DNA of 64,000 nt from Candidatus Sumerlaeia bacterium (GCA_033764015.1 JANRJK010000002.1:1-64000); one strand, 5' to 3'. Positions 29,696 to 43,524 are shown, counted from the stretch's first letter. The notes: generated from the sequence alone by a model not told the origin. Translations and numbers: made by a program.

Positions 29696-30448
29696 ATGAA
29701 CGTCGACGAATACCAGCGCATGTACGAACTCGAGGGCTCCTACTGGTGGTTCCAGGGGCGCCTCGACATCATCAAGTCGGTCCTCTCGGCCTACCTGCCC
29801 AAGCCCCCGCGCCCCGGCCACGTGCTCGATGTGGGTTGCGGCACCGGCTTGATGCTCGAGGAGTTCCGCCGGTGGCGCCCGCTCGGGCTCGACTACAGCC
29901 CGCACGCCCTCGCCTACAGCCACGAGCGAGGCATCAAGCGCCTCTGCCGCGGCGACGTCACGCGCCTGCCGCTGGCGACCGGCTCCATGGACCTGATCTT
30001 CGCCTTCGACGTCATGGAGCACATCGACCGGCACGACTTGATGATCCGCGAGTTCCGCCGCGTGCTCGCGCCGGGCGGCTGCCTGATGGCCACGGTGCCC
30101 GCGCACCCGTCGCTCTGGAGCGACCACGACGTCGCGCTGCACCACTACCGGCGCTACACACGCGCCTCGCTCCGCAAGCTCCTCCGCCACGGCGGATTCC
30201 AGCCGGTCAAGTTCAGCTACGCCGTTTCCGCCACCTACCCGGGCGTGGTCGCGTTCCGCAAACTGCAGAACCTGCGCAAGTCGCTGAACGGCGGCGCGAA
30301 GCGCGAGGCGAAGGCCCATCTGGTCATGCTGCCGAAGCCGGTGAACGCCGCTCTCAAGGGCGTGCTCTCCGTCGAGGCGGCGCTGCTCCGCCACATGGAC
30401 CTGCCGTTCGGGCTGTCGCTGGTCACCTTGGCGAGGAAAGTGGACTGA
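29696..30448 (+). CDS. Class I SAM-dependent methyltransferase
   Basis: YWWFQGR, VLDVGCGTG, DVMEHI, TVPAH..LWSDHD...HYRRY. Confidence 0.9.
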   Translation: MNVDEYQRMYELEGSYWWFQGRLDIIKSVLSAYLPKPPRPGHVLDVGCGTGLMLEEFRRWRPLGLDYSPHALAYSHERGIKRLCRGDVTRLPLATGSMDLIFAFDVMEHIDRHDLMIREFRRVLAPGGCLMATVPAHPSLWSDHDVALHHYRRYTRASLRKLLRHGGFQPVKFSYAVSATYPGVVAFRKLQNLRKSLNGGAKREAKAHLVMLPKPVNAALKGVLSVEAALLRHMDLPFGLSLVTLARKVD

Positions 30449-30837
30449 TGCGCGCCGCCGCGGCAGCGCTCGCCGCTGTTTGCCTTCTCGCGGGCTGCGC
30501 GGGGACGACGGCCAACACGCCCATCGGCCCCGGCTGGCGCCAAGTCGGCACCGCCTCCTGGTACGGCGGGAAGTACCAAGGCCGCACCACCGCCAGCGGC
30601 GACCCCTTCGACAAGGAGCAGCTCACCGCCGCGCACCCCAAGTTGCCCTTCGGCACCATCGCGCGGGTGCGCGCCCTCGATACCGGCCGCACCGTCGAAG
30701 TGCGTGTGAACGACCGCTTCGGCGGCCACAAGGGGCGCGTGATCGACCTCAGCGAGGCGGCCTTCTCCCGCATCGCCCCCACCGCCCGAGGCCTCGTCGA
30801 GGTCGAGGTCGTGGTGGTGTCGACGGGGGCGCGCTAG
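30448..30837 (+). CDS. rlpA: Septal ring lytic transglycosylase RlpA family lipoprotein
   Basis: Lipobox LAGC; GTASWYG, TASG, TAAHPKLPFGT, VRVNDR, VIDLS; TGATG coupling. Confidence 0.9.
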   Translation: MRAAAAALAAVCLLAGCAGTTANTPIGPGWRQVGTASWYGGKYQGRTTASGDPFDKEQLTAAHPKLPFGTIARVRALDTGRTVEVRVNDRFGGHKGRVIDLSEAAFSRIAPTARGLVEVEVVVVSTGAR

Positions 30838-30842
30838 GCCGC

Positions 30843-31975
30843 TCAGCGCCCGTTGCGCTGCTTCTTTTCGCCTTGGCGCTTGAGCTGCACGCAGAGCCTC
30901 GCCGAGGGGTTCGCCTTCAACCGCTCGATCGGGATGTATGGGCAGGTCTCGCAGAGGTTTTGCGGGTCCATGGAGCAGAGTTCGCAGAGGCCGAAGGTCC
31001 CGGCGTCGAGCGACCGGAGCGCCGCGGCCACCTCCGCGAGGCGTTGCTCCATCATGCGGCGGTTGATGAACGAAGTCTCGAGTAGGAGCGCATCGGTCGC
31101 GGCGTCCGCCTGGTGGGAGGAGAACGTCGAGCTGGTGGTTTCCTTGTTCGAGTTCGTCAGGTCGTCGATCACGCGCAGGTCGCTGAGGAGGCGTTCGCGC
31201 TCGGTGACGAGCTGGTCGCGTAGCTCGCGGATTTCGGACGACTTGTAGGGGGCCTTGCGGCGGGGCGGGGGAGCGGGCCGCTGCGGAGGCGCGGGGGCGG
31301 GGGCCGGCGCCTTGGGGGCTTCCGGCGCCGTCGCCGTTCCGGTGGGCTTCGCGAGCAGGGGTCGCGGCGCGAGGCCGCGGGGGCGGGGGCCGATCGACTT
31401 CTTCGCCGCCTTGCCGTCCTCCACCTTGGCGCCCACCGCCGCGGGTCCGGCCGGGGCCGAGCGCATCGCGAGGAGCCGCTTCATGTGATCCTGCAGGGAG
31501 GGCTTCGCCTCGGCTTCGGGGGTGGCCGCCGGCTTCGTGTCGGGGCCCTTCTTCGCAGCCTTGCCGGCCTTCGGAGCGGGCTCCGGCTTCGCGGCCTTCG
31601 GAGGCGGCGGCGACTTCCGCGCCGCGGGCTTCGGCGGGGGAGCGGCCTTGGCGGGGACCGCCTTCGCGGGCGCGGCGGCCTTCGCAGCCTTCGGAGCCGG
31701 CGCCGCGGCCTTCGCGGGAGCGGCCTTCTTCGGCGGCGCGGTCTTCGGTGCGGGCTTCTTCGAGGCGGACTTCTTGGCGGGCGCGGGTTTGGCGGGGGCG
31801 GACTTCTTCGGCGCGGGCTTGGGTGCGGGCTTAGCGGCCTTCTTCGCCGCGGGGCGCGGAGCGGGCTTCGCGGCGGCTTTCGCCTTGGCGGCGGGCGCGG
31901 GCTTCGCCCTCTTCGCGTCGCGCTCCTTCGCCTTGGCGGGTGCGGCCTTCGGGGCGGGCTTCTTTTTCTTAGCGG

Positions 31976-31979
<4 letters not shown>
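30843..31979 (-). CDS. DksA/TraR-like Zn-finger protein with long Lys/Ala/Pro-rich N-terminus
   Basis: GTG overlaps the ileS stop (GTGA); coiled coil with HQADAATD; GTFGLCELC...IPIERLKANPSARLC. Confidence 0.8.
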
Positions 31980-34792
<2,813 letters not shown>

Positions 34793-34930
34793 GCGGTGCG
34801 GACTCGGCGGTTACGATTCCTTCGGACGAAAGGCCAAGAAATGCACCACGGCGGCGGACCGCCGGGCAACGATTTAGCGAACGCCCCCGCTGGAAAGTTG
34901 CGGCCTCCCGCCCAGGGGGGGGCGCCGCGG

Positions 34931-35944
34931 TCAGCCGGTGCGGGCGAAGTCCTCGGCGGCCTTGCCGTAGCCGTGCGGATGCGCCTGGTGCCAGGCCCAG
35001 GCGTCGGAGACGATGGTTTCCAGCTCCGGCTTGCGGGGGCGCCAACCGAGAGCCTCGCGGGCGAGCTGCGACGACGCGACCAGACGGCTCGGGTCGCCCG
35101 CGCGGCGCGGCGCCCGCACCGCCGGGATCTTGTGGCCCGTCACCTTGCGGCACGTGTCGATCACCTGCTTCACCGAGTACCCTTGGCCGTTGCCGAGGTT
35201 GCAGGTGAGCGGCTCGCCGCCGGCCCAGAGGTGGTTCAGCGCGCCGAGGTGCGCCGCCGCGAGGTCCTCGACGTGGATGTAGTCGCGGACGCAGGTGCCG
35301 TCCGGCGTGTCGTAGTCTTCGCCGAAGACGCTCACATTGGCCCGCTTGCCCAGCGCCACCTGGAGGACGACCGGGATCAGGTGCGTCTCCGGGTCGTGGT
35401 GCTCGCCGAACTGGCCGCTGGCGCCCGCGGCGTTGAAGTAGCGCAGCGCCACGTAGCCGAGGTCGTAAGCCGCCGCGTAGGCCGCGAGCGTCTCCTCGAT
35501 CATCAGCTTGGTCCGCCCGTAGGGGTTCGCCGGGTTCGTGGGGTGGTCCTCGGTGATCGGCGTCGACTTCGGTTCCCCGTAAACCGCGGCGGTGGAGGAG
35601 AAGACGATGTGGGGCACCTCGGCTTCGCGCATGGCGGCGAGCAGCGATAGCGTGCCGGCGACGTTGTTCTCGAAGTACTTGCGGGGGTTGGTGACGGACT
35701 CGGAGACGAGCGAGGCGGCGGCGAAGTGGATCACGCTCTCCACGTCGAAGCGCTCCATCAGGTCGGCGACCTCGGCGGTGCGCCGGATGTCGCCCTGGAC
35801 GCTGACCACGCGCTCGTCCACCGCGCCGCGGTGCCCGGTCGCGAGGTTGTCGAGGACGATGACGGTGTCGCCGCGGCGCCGGAGCGCCTCGACGGTGACG
35901 CTGCCAATGTAGCCGGCGCCGCCGGTGACGAGGACTGAGGGCAT
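34931..35944 (-). CDS. galE: UDP-glucose 4-epimerase
   Basis: TGGAGYIGS, FSSTAAVYG, YGRTK, LRYFNAAG, DGTCVRDYIHV. Confidence 0.95.
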   Translation of the reverse strand: MPSVLVTGGAGYIGSVTVEALRRRGDTVIVLDNLATGHRGAVDERVVSVQGDIRRTAEVADLMERFDVESVIHFAAASLVSESVTNPRKYFENNVAGTLSLLAAMREAEVPHIVFSSTAAVYGEPKSTPITEDHPTNPANPYGRTKLMIEETLAAYAAAYDLGYVALRYFNAAGASGQFGEHHDPETHLIPVVLQVALGKRANVSVFGEDYDTPDGTCVRDYIHVEDLAAAHLGALNHLWAGGEPLTCNLGNGQGYSVKQVIDTCRKVTGHKIPAVRAPRRAGDPSRLVASSQLAREALGWRPRKPELETIVSDAWAWHQAHPHGYGKAAEDFARTG

Positions 35945-35993
35945 GGGAGGACCTCCTGGACCGTGGCCCGGCGGCCGGGCCGCCGGGGCTGCT

Positions 35994-37577
35994 TCACGCG
36001 AAGACGGAGACGTCGATCTTCGGGAAGATATTGTCCTTGTACTCGTAGTCCTCGAGAACGACCTCGTCAATAACTCCCGCCATCAACTGGTCGTAAATCG
36101 TGTTGAAGCGGTGCAGGTGCTCGCGGGTGCGCCGCTCCGCGTAGTTCACCATGGTCTTCATCTTCATGATGAAGGCCCAGTCGCTCGACTGCGCGAGCAG
36201 CAGCTCCCGCAGCGCCTGGTTCAGCGCCCGCTGCTGCACCGGCGTCGGGTCCGGGAAGCGCGCCACGAGCTGCTGCATGCGCTCCGCCGCCTTGTGCAGG
36301 TGCCGGTAGATCCAGTCGTTCGACTGGTCGATCCAGACCTCCGAGTAGCCGTTGTTCCCCCAGCTCGAAAGCGAGGGCATCGCGACCTGGTTGCGCGGGT
36401 AGCGCTCGAGGTAGCCGCTCGGCGTGATCAACTCGATGTCGTCCTGCTCCGCCGTGCGGCGGATCAGGCGGTCGAGGAACTCCGGCCCCTCGTACCACCA
36501 GTGGCCGAACAGCTCGGCGTCGTAGGGCGCGACGATGATCGGCGGGCGGTCCATGAGCGAGGCGAGGTGCAGCGACTGGTGCTGGCGGTTGAAGAGGAAG
36601 TCCGCCGCGTGCTCGTCCGCCGCCTGCAGCGCCTCGGCGCGCCGGTAGGGCTGCTTGTCGTGCAGGTCGCGGGTGCCGGAGATGCGGTAGTACTTGATGC
36701 CGGTCGCCGTGCGGATGCCGCTCTCATGGATGTACGGGCGGATGTAGTCGAGGTCGAGGTCGAAGCCGATGTCGCGGTAGTACTCGCGGTAGCGCGGGTC
36801 GCCCGGATAGCCCTCCGCCGCGGACCAGACGCTGCGGCTCGACTCGACGTCGCGGGCGAAGGCGGAGACGCCGAGCGGCGTCTGGATCGGCGCGAAGACG
36901 CCGTAGCGCGGGCGCTTGTTCGCGAACAGCAGCCCGTGCGAATCGACGAAGAAGTAGCTGATCCCGGCTTCCTTCAGGTACGCGTCGACGCCCGGGAAGA
37001 ATCCGCACTCCGCGTTCCAGATGCCCTTAGGCGCCCAGCCGAAGGTGTTCTTGAAGGACTGCACTCCGACCAGGATCTGCGCGCGCACAGCCTTCTCCTG
37101 CTGCCGCAGCACGGGGAGGAACCCGTGCGTCGCGCTGCAGGTGATCAGCTCCAGGTTGCCGGACTCGGCGAACTCCTTGAACGCGTTCAGGATGCGCCCG
37201 CCGTAGCGGTGCTCGAACAGCTCGCGGACGCGGAGCAGCCGCGCGTGGTACATCTGCGCCGTTTCGGCGAATTCCGCGAGCGCCGCGGTGCGGGTCAACT
37301 CCTTCTCGGCGAGCTCGATCGACCTCCCGAGGTAGCGCAGGAAGCGCTGCCCCAGCAGCTCGTCGCCCAGCATCGCGCACAGGGTCGGTGTCAGCGACAT
37401 CGTGAGCTTCCACCGCACGCCGTCGCGCGCCAGCCCGTGGAAGATGTCGATCAGCGGGACGTAGGACTCCGTGAGCGCCTCGAAGAGCCAGTGCTCCTCG
37501 AGGAAGTCCTCATGCTCTGGATGCCGGACGAACGGCAGGTGCGCGTGCAGGACGAGGCAGAGGTATCCTTTGGCCAT
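35994..37577 (-). CDS. GH57 1,4-alpha-glucan branching protein (DUF1957)
   Basis: LHAHLPFVRH, GIWNAECG, YREYYRDIG, PYDAELFGHWWYEG, ELLLAQSSDW. Confidence 0.92.
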   Translation of the reverse strand: MAKGYLCLVLHAHLPFVRHPEHEDFLEEHWLFEALTESYVPLIDIFHGLARDGVRWKLTMSLTPTLCAMLGDELLGQRFLRYLGRSIELAEKELTRTAALAEFAETAQMYHARLLRVRELFEHRYGGRILNAFKEFAESGNLELITCSATHGFLPVLRQQEKAVRAQILVGVQSFKNTFGWAPKGIWNAECGFFPGVDAYLKEAGISYFFVDSHGLLFANKRPRYGVFAPIQTPLGVSAFARDVESSRSVWSAAEGYPGDPRYREYYRDIGFDLDLDYIRPYIHESGIRTATGIKYYRISGTRDLHDKQPYRRAEALQAADEHAADFLFNRQHQSLHLASLMDRPPIIVAPYDAELFGHWWYEGPEFLDRLIRRTAEQDDIELITPSGYLERYPRNQVAMPSLSSWGNNGYSEVWIDQSNDWIYRHLHKAAERMQQLVARFPDPTPVQQRALNQALRELLLAQSSDWAFIMKMKTMVNYAERRTREHLHRFNTIYDQLMAGVIDEVVLEDYEYKDNIFPKIDVSVFA

Positions 37578-37652
37578 GCGGTTCAGACGATCCTCGCTGC
37601 GGGGGCGGGCTGGATGATCATCGCGGAAGAAACCCCCCGCGGTCGCACCGGG

Positions 37653-39590
37653 TCAATCCCCGCCGCCCCGCGATGAGGCCGGGGCATCCACCCCCGCCAA
37701 CTCGCGGAACAGCCCGGCGCCGCTTGGAACCTGAAGCGACGAACCCTCGAAGTCCGCTCCCGGCGCTTCGAAGGAGCCGCCGAGCACCTTGGCGAGGAAT
37801 GCCTCGATCAGCGCGTTCGCCGAAAGGTTGTTCTCGGCGCGGACCATCCCGTGCCCTTCGTCGGGGTAGAGGAGGTAGAGCACGGGGATGCCGCGCTGTT
37901 CGAGGGCGGCGACGAGCTGGTCGGATTCGGCGCGCTTCACCCGCGGGTCGTTGGCGCCCTGGACCACGAGGAGCGGCTTGCGGATCCGGTCCGCATGCGT
38001 GAGGGGCGAGATGGAATCGAGCGCTTCGCGGCCCTCGGCGGTGGAATCGTCGCCCATGCGCTGCTGGAAGACCTTCTTCATCGCGGTCCAGTAGGGCGGG
38101 ATGGAGGCGAGGAGCGTGCGGAGGTTCGACGGCCCGACGATGTCGACGCCGCAGGCGTAGAAGTCGGCGTCGCGCGTCATTCCGACCAGCGCCGCGTAGC
38201 CGCCGTAGCTGCCGCCGACGATAGCGACGCGGTCCGGGTCGGCGGCGCCGGTGGCGATGGCGTGGCGGGCGGCGTCGAGCAGGTCGTCCTGCATCGCCTT
38301 CCCCCACTGCAGGTCGCCGGCGTTGACGAAGCGTTTCCCGAAGCCGGTCGACCCGCGGAAGTTGACCGAGAGCACCGCGTAGCCGCGGTCGGCGAGCCAC
38401 TGGTGCCAGGTTGAGAAGCGGTACGAGTCGCGCCACCAGGGGCCGCCGTGTACCAGCACCACGAGGGGCGCAGGCGCGGCGTCGGGCCGAGTGAGGTAGC
38501 AGACCAGCGGCAGTCCGTCGCGGGACTCGACTTCGAGCGCCTCCATGGGGCGGAGACGTTGCGAGGCGAGGTCGGCGCGGGTGGAGAACAGCAGCCGCGC
38601 GGCGCCCTCGGCCCGGTCAAACAGGTGGTACTCGACGGGGCGGGCGGGGTCGGTGGACTCGATGAGGAGTAGCAGCTGGTCGAGCGTGCGCGACACGATG
38701 CGGTAGCCCTCCGGGAAGGCGGCATCGAGGGCGCGGACCGTGCCGGCCCAGTCCGGCGCGACGGCTTGCCAGCGCGTCTTGGCGTGCTCGAAGCACACGG
38801 CGAGGGGTTCGCGGGTCCGGGGGTCGGCGAGCGTCTCGCCGGCATCGCAGCGGGGGTCCTCGGCGAGCAGCTCGACCGCGCCCGATTCGAGGTCCATGCG
38901 GCAAAGCGCCGCCGTGTCGCGACCGCGGCTGTCGCGCAGGTAGAGCCAGCGTCCGCGCGAGTCGTAGCCCATGATCTCGGTGGTCATCGTCTCGTCGGCC
39001 GGGAGGCGCAGGAAGACCTCGCCCGCGCGCGGCCCGTCGAGGCGGGTGTAGGTGAGGTCGCCGTTCTCCTCGAAGCGCGAGCCGAGGAAGCCGGTGAGGT
39101 CCCGGCGGAAGTCGAAGCCGGCCCAGCCCGCCTCGTTGCGGAGCACCTCGCGCGACTCGCCGCTGCGCAGGTCGATGGTCCAAACGTCTTGGTACCTCGG
39201 ATCGCGGTGGTTCAGGCCGACCACCACCCGGTGCGGATGCTCCGGCGAGAGGTTCTGGATCGTGACACGCACACCCTCCTGCGGCGTGAGCAGGCGCCCC
39301 GGGCCGCCGTCGAGCGGGTAGGCGAAGAGCCGGTAATTCTCGTCCCCGGCGGTGTCCTGTTGCACGAGGAGGTGGGCGCCGTCGTAGGCCCATCGGTAAA
39401 CATGGACTCCGCGGCCGGCGTCGCGCGTGACCGCGCGGGGGGCGGCGGAGTCGGCGGTGGGCGCGACCCACAGATTCTTGACGCCGTCGAGCGGCGCCAA
39501 CCACGCGAGCCATTGGCCGCAGGGGCTGATGGTCGCCTCGGACCGGTCGGGATTGCCGAAGAGGAGCTTGCGCGGGATCAGCGTGGCCAT
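37653..39590 (-). CDS. S9 family dipeptidyl aminopeptidase
   Basis: LIPRKLLFGNP start; VHGGPW, GGSYGGY, QGANDPRV, DEGHG. Confidence 0.93.
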   Translation of the reverse strand: MATLIPRKLLFGNPDRSEATISPCGQWLAWLAPLDGVKNLWVAPTADSAAPRAVTRDAGRGVHVYRWAYDGAHLLVQQDTAGDENYRLFAYPLDGGPGRLLTPQEGVRVTIQNLSPEHPHRVVVGLNHRDPRYQDVWTIDLRSGESREVLRNEAGWAGFDFRRDLTGFLGSRFEENGDLTYTRLDGPRAGEVFLRLPADETMTTEIMGYDSRGRWLYLRDSRGRDTAALCRMDLESGAVELLAEDPRCDAGETLADPRTREPLAVCFEHAKTRWQAVAPDWAGTVRALDAAFPEGYRIVSRTLDQLLLLIESTDPARPVEYHLFDRAEGAARLLFSTRADLASQRLRPMEALEVESRDGLPLVCYLTRPDAAPAPLVVLVHGGPWWRDSYRFSTWHQWLADRGYAVLSVNFRGSTGFGKRFVNAGDLQWGKAMQDDLLDAARHAIATGAADPDRVAIVGGSYGGYAALVGMTRDADFYACGVDIVGPSNLRTLLASIPPYWTAMKKVFQQRMGDDSTAEGREALDSISPLTHADRIRKPLLVVQGANDPRVKRAESDQLVAALEQRGIPVLYLLYPDEGHGMVRAENNLSANALIEAFLAKVLGGSFEAPGADFEGSSLQVPSGAGLFRELAGVDAPASSRGGGD

Positions 39591-39731
39591 GGGGGGCGGT
39601 CCGTGGTGGGGTGCGACGCCACCTTGGCCGGGGCCACCGCCCGGTGGCAACCTCCCCCACAGCCCTGTTGCCCCGCCGCGCTCCACCGGGGCGGATAGCC
39701 TCCCAGCCCACGGAGGCTCCCGCACCGCATC

Positions 39732-41336
39732 GTGACCACCCTCGACCCGCAGATCCAGCGCCGCCGCACCTTCGCGATCATCTCGCACCCGGACGCCGGC
39801 AAGACGACGCTCACGGAGAAGTTGCTGCTTTACGGCGGCGCGATCCACCTCGCAGGCGAGGTGAAGTCGCGCCGCTCGGACCGCTCCGCGCGCTCCGACT
39901 TCATGAGCATCGAGAAGCAGCGCGGCATCAGCGTCTCGACCGCGGTCATGCAGTTCCCCTACCACCAGTTCCAGTTCAACCTGCTGGACACGCCCGGCCA
40001 CCAGGACTTCTCCGAGGACACCTACCGCACGATCTGCGCGGCGGACTGCGCGGTGATGCTCGTGGACGCGGCGAAGGGCGTGGAGCCTCAGACGGAGAAG
40101 CTGTTCCAGGTCTGCCGCCTGCGCGAGATGCCGATCTTCACCTTCATCAACAAGATGGACCGCGAGGGGCGCGACCCGCTGGAGCTGATGGAGGAGATCG
40201 AGAAGCTGCTCGGGATCCACTGCGTGCCGGCGAACTGGCCCATCGGACGCGGGCGCGACTTCGGCGGCGTCTTCGACCGCTTCAGCCGCGAGGCGATCCT
40301 CTTCGAGCGCAGCGAGAAGCGCGGCCTCGGCGCCGAGGACCTCCGCGTCGCCATCGAGGATCCCCGTGTGGAGGAGGCCGTCGGCATCGTCAGCCACCGC
40401 GAGTTCCTTGAATCCCTCGAGCTTGTCGAGGGCGCCGGCGAGGAGTTCGACGAGAAGCGTTTCCTCGCGGGCGACATCACACCGGTGTTCTTCGGCAGCG
40501 CGCTCACCACCTTTGGCGTCGAGCCCTTCATGGAGCGCTTCGGCGAGCTGGCGCCGATGCCCTCGCCGCGGCATACGACGAGCGGGATCCGCGGCCCGGA
40601 GGAGGCGGAGTTCTCGGCGTTCATCTTCAAGATCCAGGCGAACATGGACAAGAACCACCGCGACCGCATCGCCTTCGCGCGGCTCGTCTCGGGCCAGTTC
40701 AAGCCAGGGATGGAGGTGCTCCACGTCCGCGAAGGCCGCAAGATGCGCATCAACAACGCCACCACGTTTTTCGCCAACGAGCGCGAAGCGGTGGAGGAGG
40801 CGTGGGCCGGCGACATCATCGGCCTCTACGACACCGGCACGTTCCGCATCGGCGACACGCTGACGCAAAAGTCGTCCTTCGTGTTCGAGGGCATCCCGCG
40901 GTTCTGCCCCGAGAAGTTCGCCCGCGTGCGCACCCCGAACCCGCTGAAGCGCAAGCACCTCGACAAGGGCCTGCTCCAGCTCAGCCAGGAGGGCACCGTG
41001 CAGGTGCTCCGCAATCCGGAGCTCGGCGACCAGGAGCAGGTGCTCGCGGTCGTGGGCCACCTGCAGTTCGAAGTGGCGGCGCACCGGTTGAACGAGGAGT
41101 ACAACGTCGAGGTGCAGCTCGATCCGCTGCCCTTCGCCGCGGCGCGCTGGGTGGTCGGCTCGCCGACCGAGGTGAAGATGCTGAACCGCAGCGGGATCAG
41201 CGCGGTGCTCGAGGATTCGCTTGGGCGCCCGATCGTCCTCTTCCGCGACGACTGGACGATGAAGCACGCGATCCGGAATTACGATAAACTGCAATTTCTG
41301 GCCGCCGCGCCGGACACCGCCCCGGAAAAAGACTAG
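39732..41336 (+). CDS. prfC: Peptide chain release factor 3
   Basis: RRTFAIISHPDAGKTT, DTPGHQDFSED, NKMDRE, FKIQANMD.NHRDR. Confidence 0.97.
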   Translation: MTTLDPQIQRRRTFAIISHPDAGKTTLTEKLLLYGGAIHLAGEVKSRRSDRSARSDFMSIEKQRGISVSTAVMQFPYHQFQFNLLDTPGHQDFSEDTYRTICAADCAVMLVDAAKGVEPQTEKLFQVCRLREMPIFTFINKMDREGRDPLELMEEIEKLLGIHCVPANWPIGRGRDFGGVFDRFSREAILFERSEKRGLGAEDLRVAIEDPRVEEAVGIVSHREFLESLELVEGAGEEFDEKRFLAGDITPVFFGSALTTFGVEPFMERFGELAPMPSPRHTTSGIRGPEEAEFSAFIFKIQANMDKNHRDRIAFARLVSGQFKPGMEVLHVREGRKMRINNATTFFANEREAVEEAWAGDIIGLYDTGTFRIGDTLTQKSSFVFEGIPRFCPEKFARVRTPNPLKRKHLDKGLLQLSQEGTVQVLRNPELGDQEQVLAVVGHLQFEVAAHRLNEEYNVEVQLDPLPFAAARWVVGSPTEVKMLNRSGISAVLEDSLGRPIVLFRDDWTMKHAIRNYDKLQFLAAAPDTAPEKD

Positions 41337-42466
41337 GCCCCTTCCGCGGACGCCACGCGCGCGCTCAGCTCCAGGAAATCCGAAGCGATCAGGTCCCAGC
41401 GGTACCGCCCGGAAACAAGCGCGCGCGCGTTCGCCGCCATCGCCGCCCGCTCCCCCTGCGGCATCGCCCGGAAGCGCTCGACCCCCGCGGCGATCTCGCC
41501 CGCATCGGGGAGCGCTCCGAGGTTGAGCGCTCCGCCAATAGCGAAGAACTCCCGCATGTTCACCGCCTCCGTCAGCAGCAGGGGTACGCCGTGGGCCGCC
41601 GCTTCGAGGACCGCCATGCTCATGCCCTCTGAACGCGATGGCAGGACGAACGCATCGACGGAGCGCAACAGCGCTTCCTTCGCTTCGCCATCGACCGGGC
41701 CCGCGAAACGCACGCGGTCCTCGACCGAATAGGTGCGTGCATCGCGCTGCAACGAGGCGAGGCAGCCGCCTTGGTCGGGCCCGGCGATAATCAATTCCGG
41801 CATGGGAAATCGGAGGGCCGACCACGCCTCGATCAATTCCCGGATTCCCTTTTTCTCGTGGAGCCTTCCGAGGAAAAGGAACCGCTCGGGTACATCGCCG
41901 CGGATCGTGGCGGGAGGCTCGGACAGCTCTACCGCGTTCGGCAGCACACGCACCGTGGCGCCGGGCAGGGCGGCGACAACCGCGAACGCCTCGCTGTCGT
42001 TCAAGGCTCGGATGGCTGCGGCGCCGCGGAGGTTGCGCTCCTCGTAGAGCCGCCACGCGAGGCGCTTCCGCGAGGCGCGGTGGCGCAGCGCCCAGCCATC
42101 GAGCATCCCGTGCGGGTGGACGATTCGCGGCGCGTGCGCCGAGGCGGCGACGGCGCTGGTCCACATCCAGAGCCCATGCGACGAAAGCACCGAGGGCACC
42201 CCTTCGGCGAGGAGCGCGTCTAGGCGGCGCTTCAGCGCCGGCGACCAGCCGAAGCGTTCGGGCCCAAGCACCGGGAACAGTTCGAGCGGAACCGGATCCC
42301 ACGCGGCGGCGTCCTCGTCGGAGAACTCGTCGCGGAGCGCGAGCGCGCGCACTTCGGCCCCCGCCGCGGCGCAGGCGCGAGCCAGCCCGCGCACCGAGTG
42401 GAACATGCCCCCCGCGCGGCGCGAGGCGCTCGCCACCAAGAAGATGATGCTCGGCACGGCGGTCAC
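41333..42466 (-). CDS. Glycosyltransferase family 4
   Basis: HGLW, PHGMLD.W, FLGRLHEKKG, PSRSEGMSMAVLEA; GTGA overlap used as start. Confidence 0.9.
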   Translation of the reverse strand: MTAVPSIIFLVASASRRAGGMFHSVRGLARACAAAGAEVRALALRDEFSDEDAAAWDPVPLELFPVLGPERFGWSPALKRRLDALLAEGVPSVLSSHGLWMWTSAVAASAHAPRIVHPHGMLDGWALRHRASRKRLAWRLYEERNLRGAAAIRALNDSEAFAVVAALPGATVRVLPNAVELSEPPATIRGDVPERFLFLGRLHEKKGIRELIEAWSALRFPMPELIIAGPDQGGCLASLQRDARTYSVEDRVRFAGPVDGEAKEALLRSVDAFVLPSRSEGMSMAVLEAAAHGVPLLLTEAVNMREFFAIGGALNLGALPDAGEIAAGVERFRAMPQGERAAMAANARALVSGRYRWDLIASDFLELSARVASAEGA

Positions 42467-43524
42467 GGGCGGTCCGGCCATGGGGCGAGCGCTTCCGCGA
42501 GCAGCCGTGCGGCGAGCGGGGCGCGGGCCGGCTTCGCCAGCTCGACCAGCTCCCACAAGTGGGCGGCGAAGCGCTCCGGCCCCCACGCGGCGGCGATGCG
42601 CAGGCTCTCGGCGGAGAACTCCGCGCGTCGCGCCTCGCAATCGATCATGCGCTCCGCCGCCAGGGCGGGCCGGGCCGGATCGACGACGAAGCCGTTGCGC
42701 CCTTCCACGATCAGGTCCCACGCGGCTCCGGCGCCGGGAGAGGCGATCACCGGGAGCCCGGAGGCGATGGCCTCGCCGATGACGAGGCCCCACTGGTCCC
42801 GCTCGGCGAGGTGCAGCAGGCCGGCGGCGCGCTGGTAGAGCGCGGCGACGTCGCCGGGAGGCAAGCCGCCCGCGAAGTGGACGCTCGTTGCGAACCCCCG
42901 GTCGCGGCACTGCTGTTCGAGGCCCTCCCGCTGCGGGCCGTCGCCGACCAGCACCAGCGGTAGCGGCGAGTCGGCGATTCGCCGGTAGGAGCCGTAGGCG
43001 TCCAGGGCCGCGGCGTGGCCCTTGCGCGGGACCATCCGCGCGACCGCCAGCCAGTAGCGCGGGGGAATGCCGGGCGGTGGCGTCGGCGGATCCGCGCCGG
43101 GGCGGAACACCTCCACATCCACCACGTCGTACCCGTCGCGGACCGCGCCGTCGAATCCCAGCGCCTGAATGTATTCCCGCGAGCGGGATCCGGAAACCAG
43201 CGCTGCGGAAAATCCCCGGAGCAGCGCGGCCTTGACCGATTCCCCGGGCGCGCGCCGCGGAAAATCGTCCGCCTTGCTGTCGGTCATCAGGATCGCGGGC
43301 ACGCGGCGCCTCAGGCACCATGCAAGCGCCTCGCGGCACGCGCGGCGAGAATATCCCGGAATTGCGACCGCGCGCGGCTGCTTCAGGTCGAGAAACGCGG
43401 AAGCAGTGACTTCCGACCCGGCGAACTCGAAAGGCGTCACGGGCCCGCGGGCCGAAGCTGCGCGCAACCGCGCCAAGTGGTGCGGCTCGAAGCGCGCCGC
43501 CAGGAGCGCGAGGGGAGCCGTCAT
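42463..43524 (-). CDS. Glycosyltransferase family 4
   Basis: ARMVPRKG, LVGDGP, DQWGLVIGEA.ASGLPVI, NGFVVDP. Confidence 0.9.
   Translation of the reverse strand: MTAPLALLAARFEPHHLARLRAASARGPVTPFEFAGSEVTASAFLDLKQPRAVAIPGYSRRACREALAWCLRRRVPAILMTDSKADDFPRRAPGESVKAALLRGFSAALVSGSRSREYIQALGFDGAVRDGYDVVDVEVFRPGADPPTPPPGIPPRYWLAVARMVPRKGHAAALDAYGSYRRIADSPLPLVLVGDGPQREGLEQQCRDRGFATSVHFAGGLPPGDVAALYQRAAGLLHLAERDQWGLVIGEAIASGLPVIASPGAGAAWDLIVEGRNGFVVDPARPALAAERMIDCEARRAEFSAESLRIAAAWGPERFAAHLWELVELAKPARAPLAARLLAEALAPWPDRP

Noticed and set aside
31500..31970. Repetitive DNA resembling a tandem repeat or CRISPR array
   Set aside because: Low-complexity coding sequence for Lys/Ala/Pro; no fixed repeat-spacer period.
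37653..42302. 1549-aa ORF as one giant peptidase fusion
   Set aside because: Only 37653-39590 is the S9 peptidase; the rest is antisense to prfC or off-frame in the GT gene.
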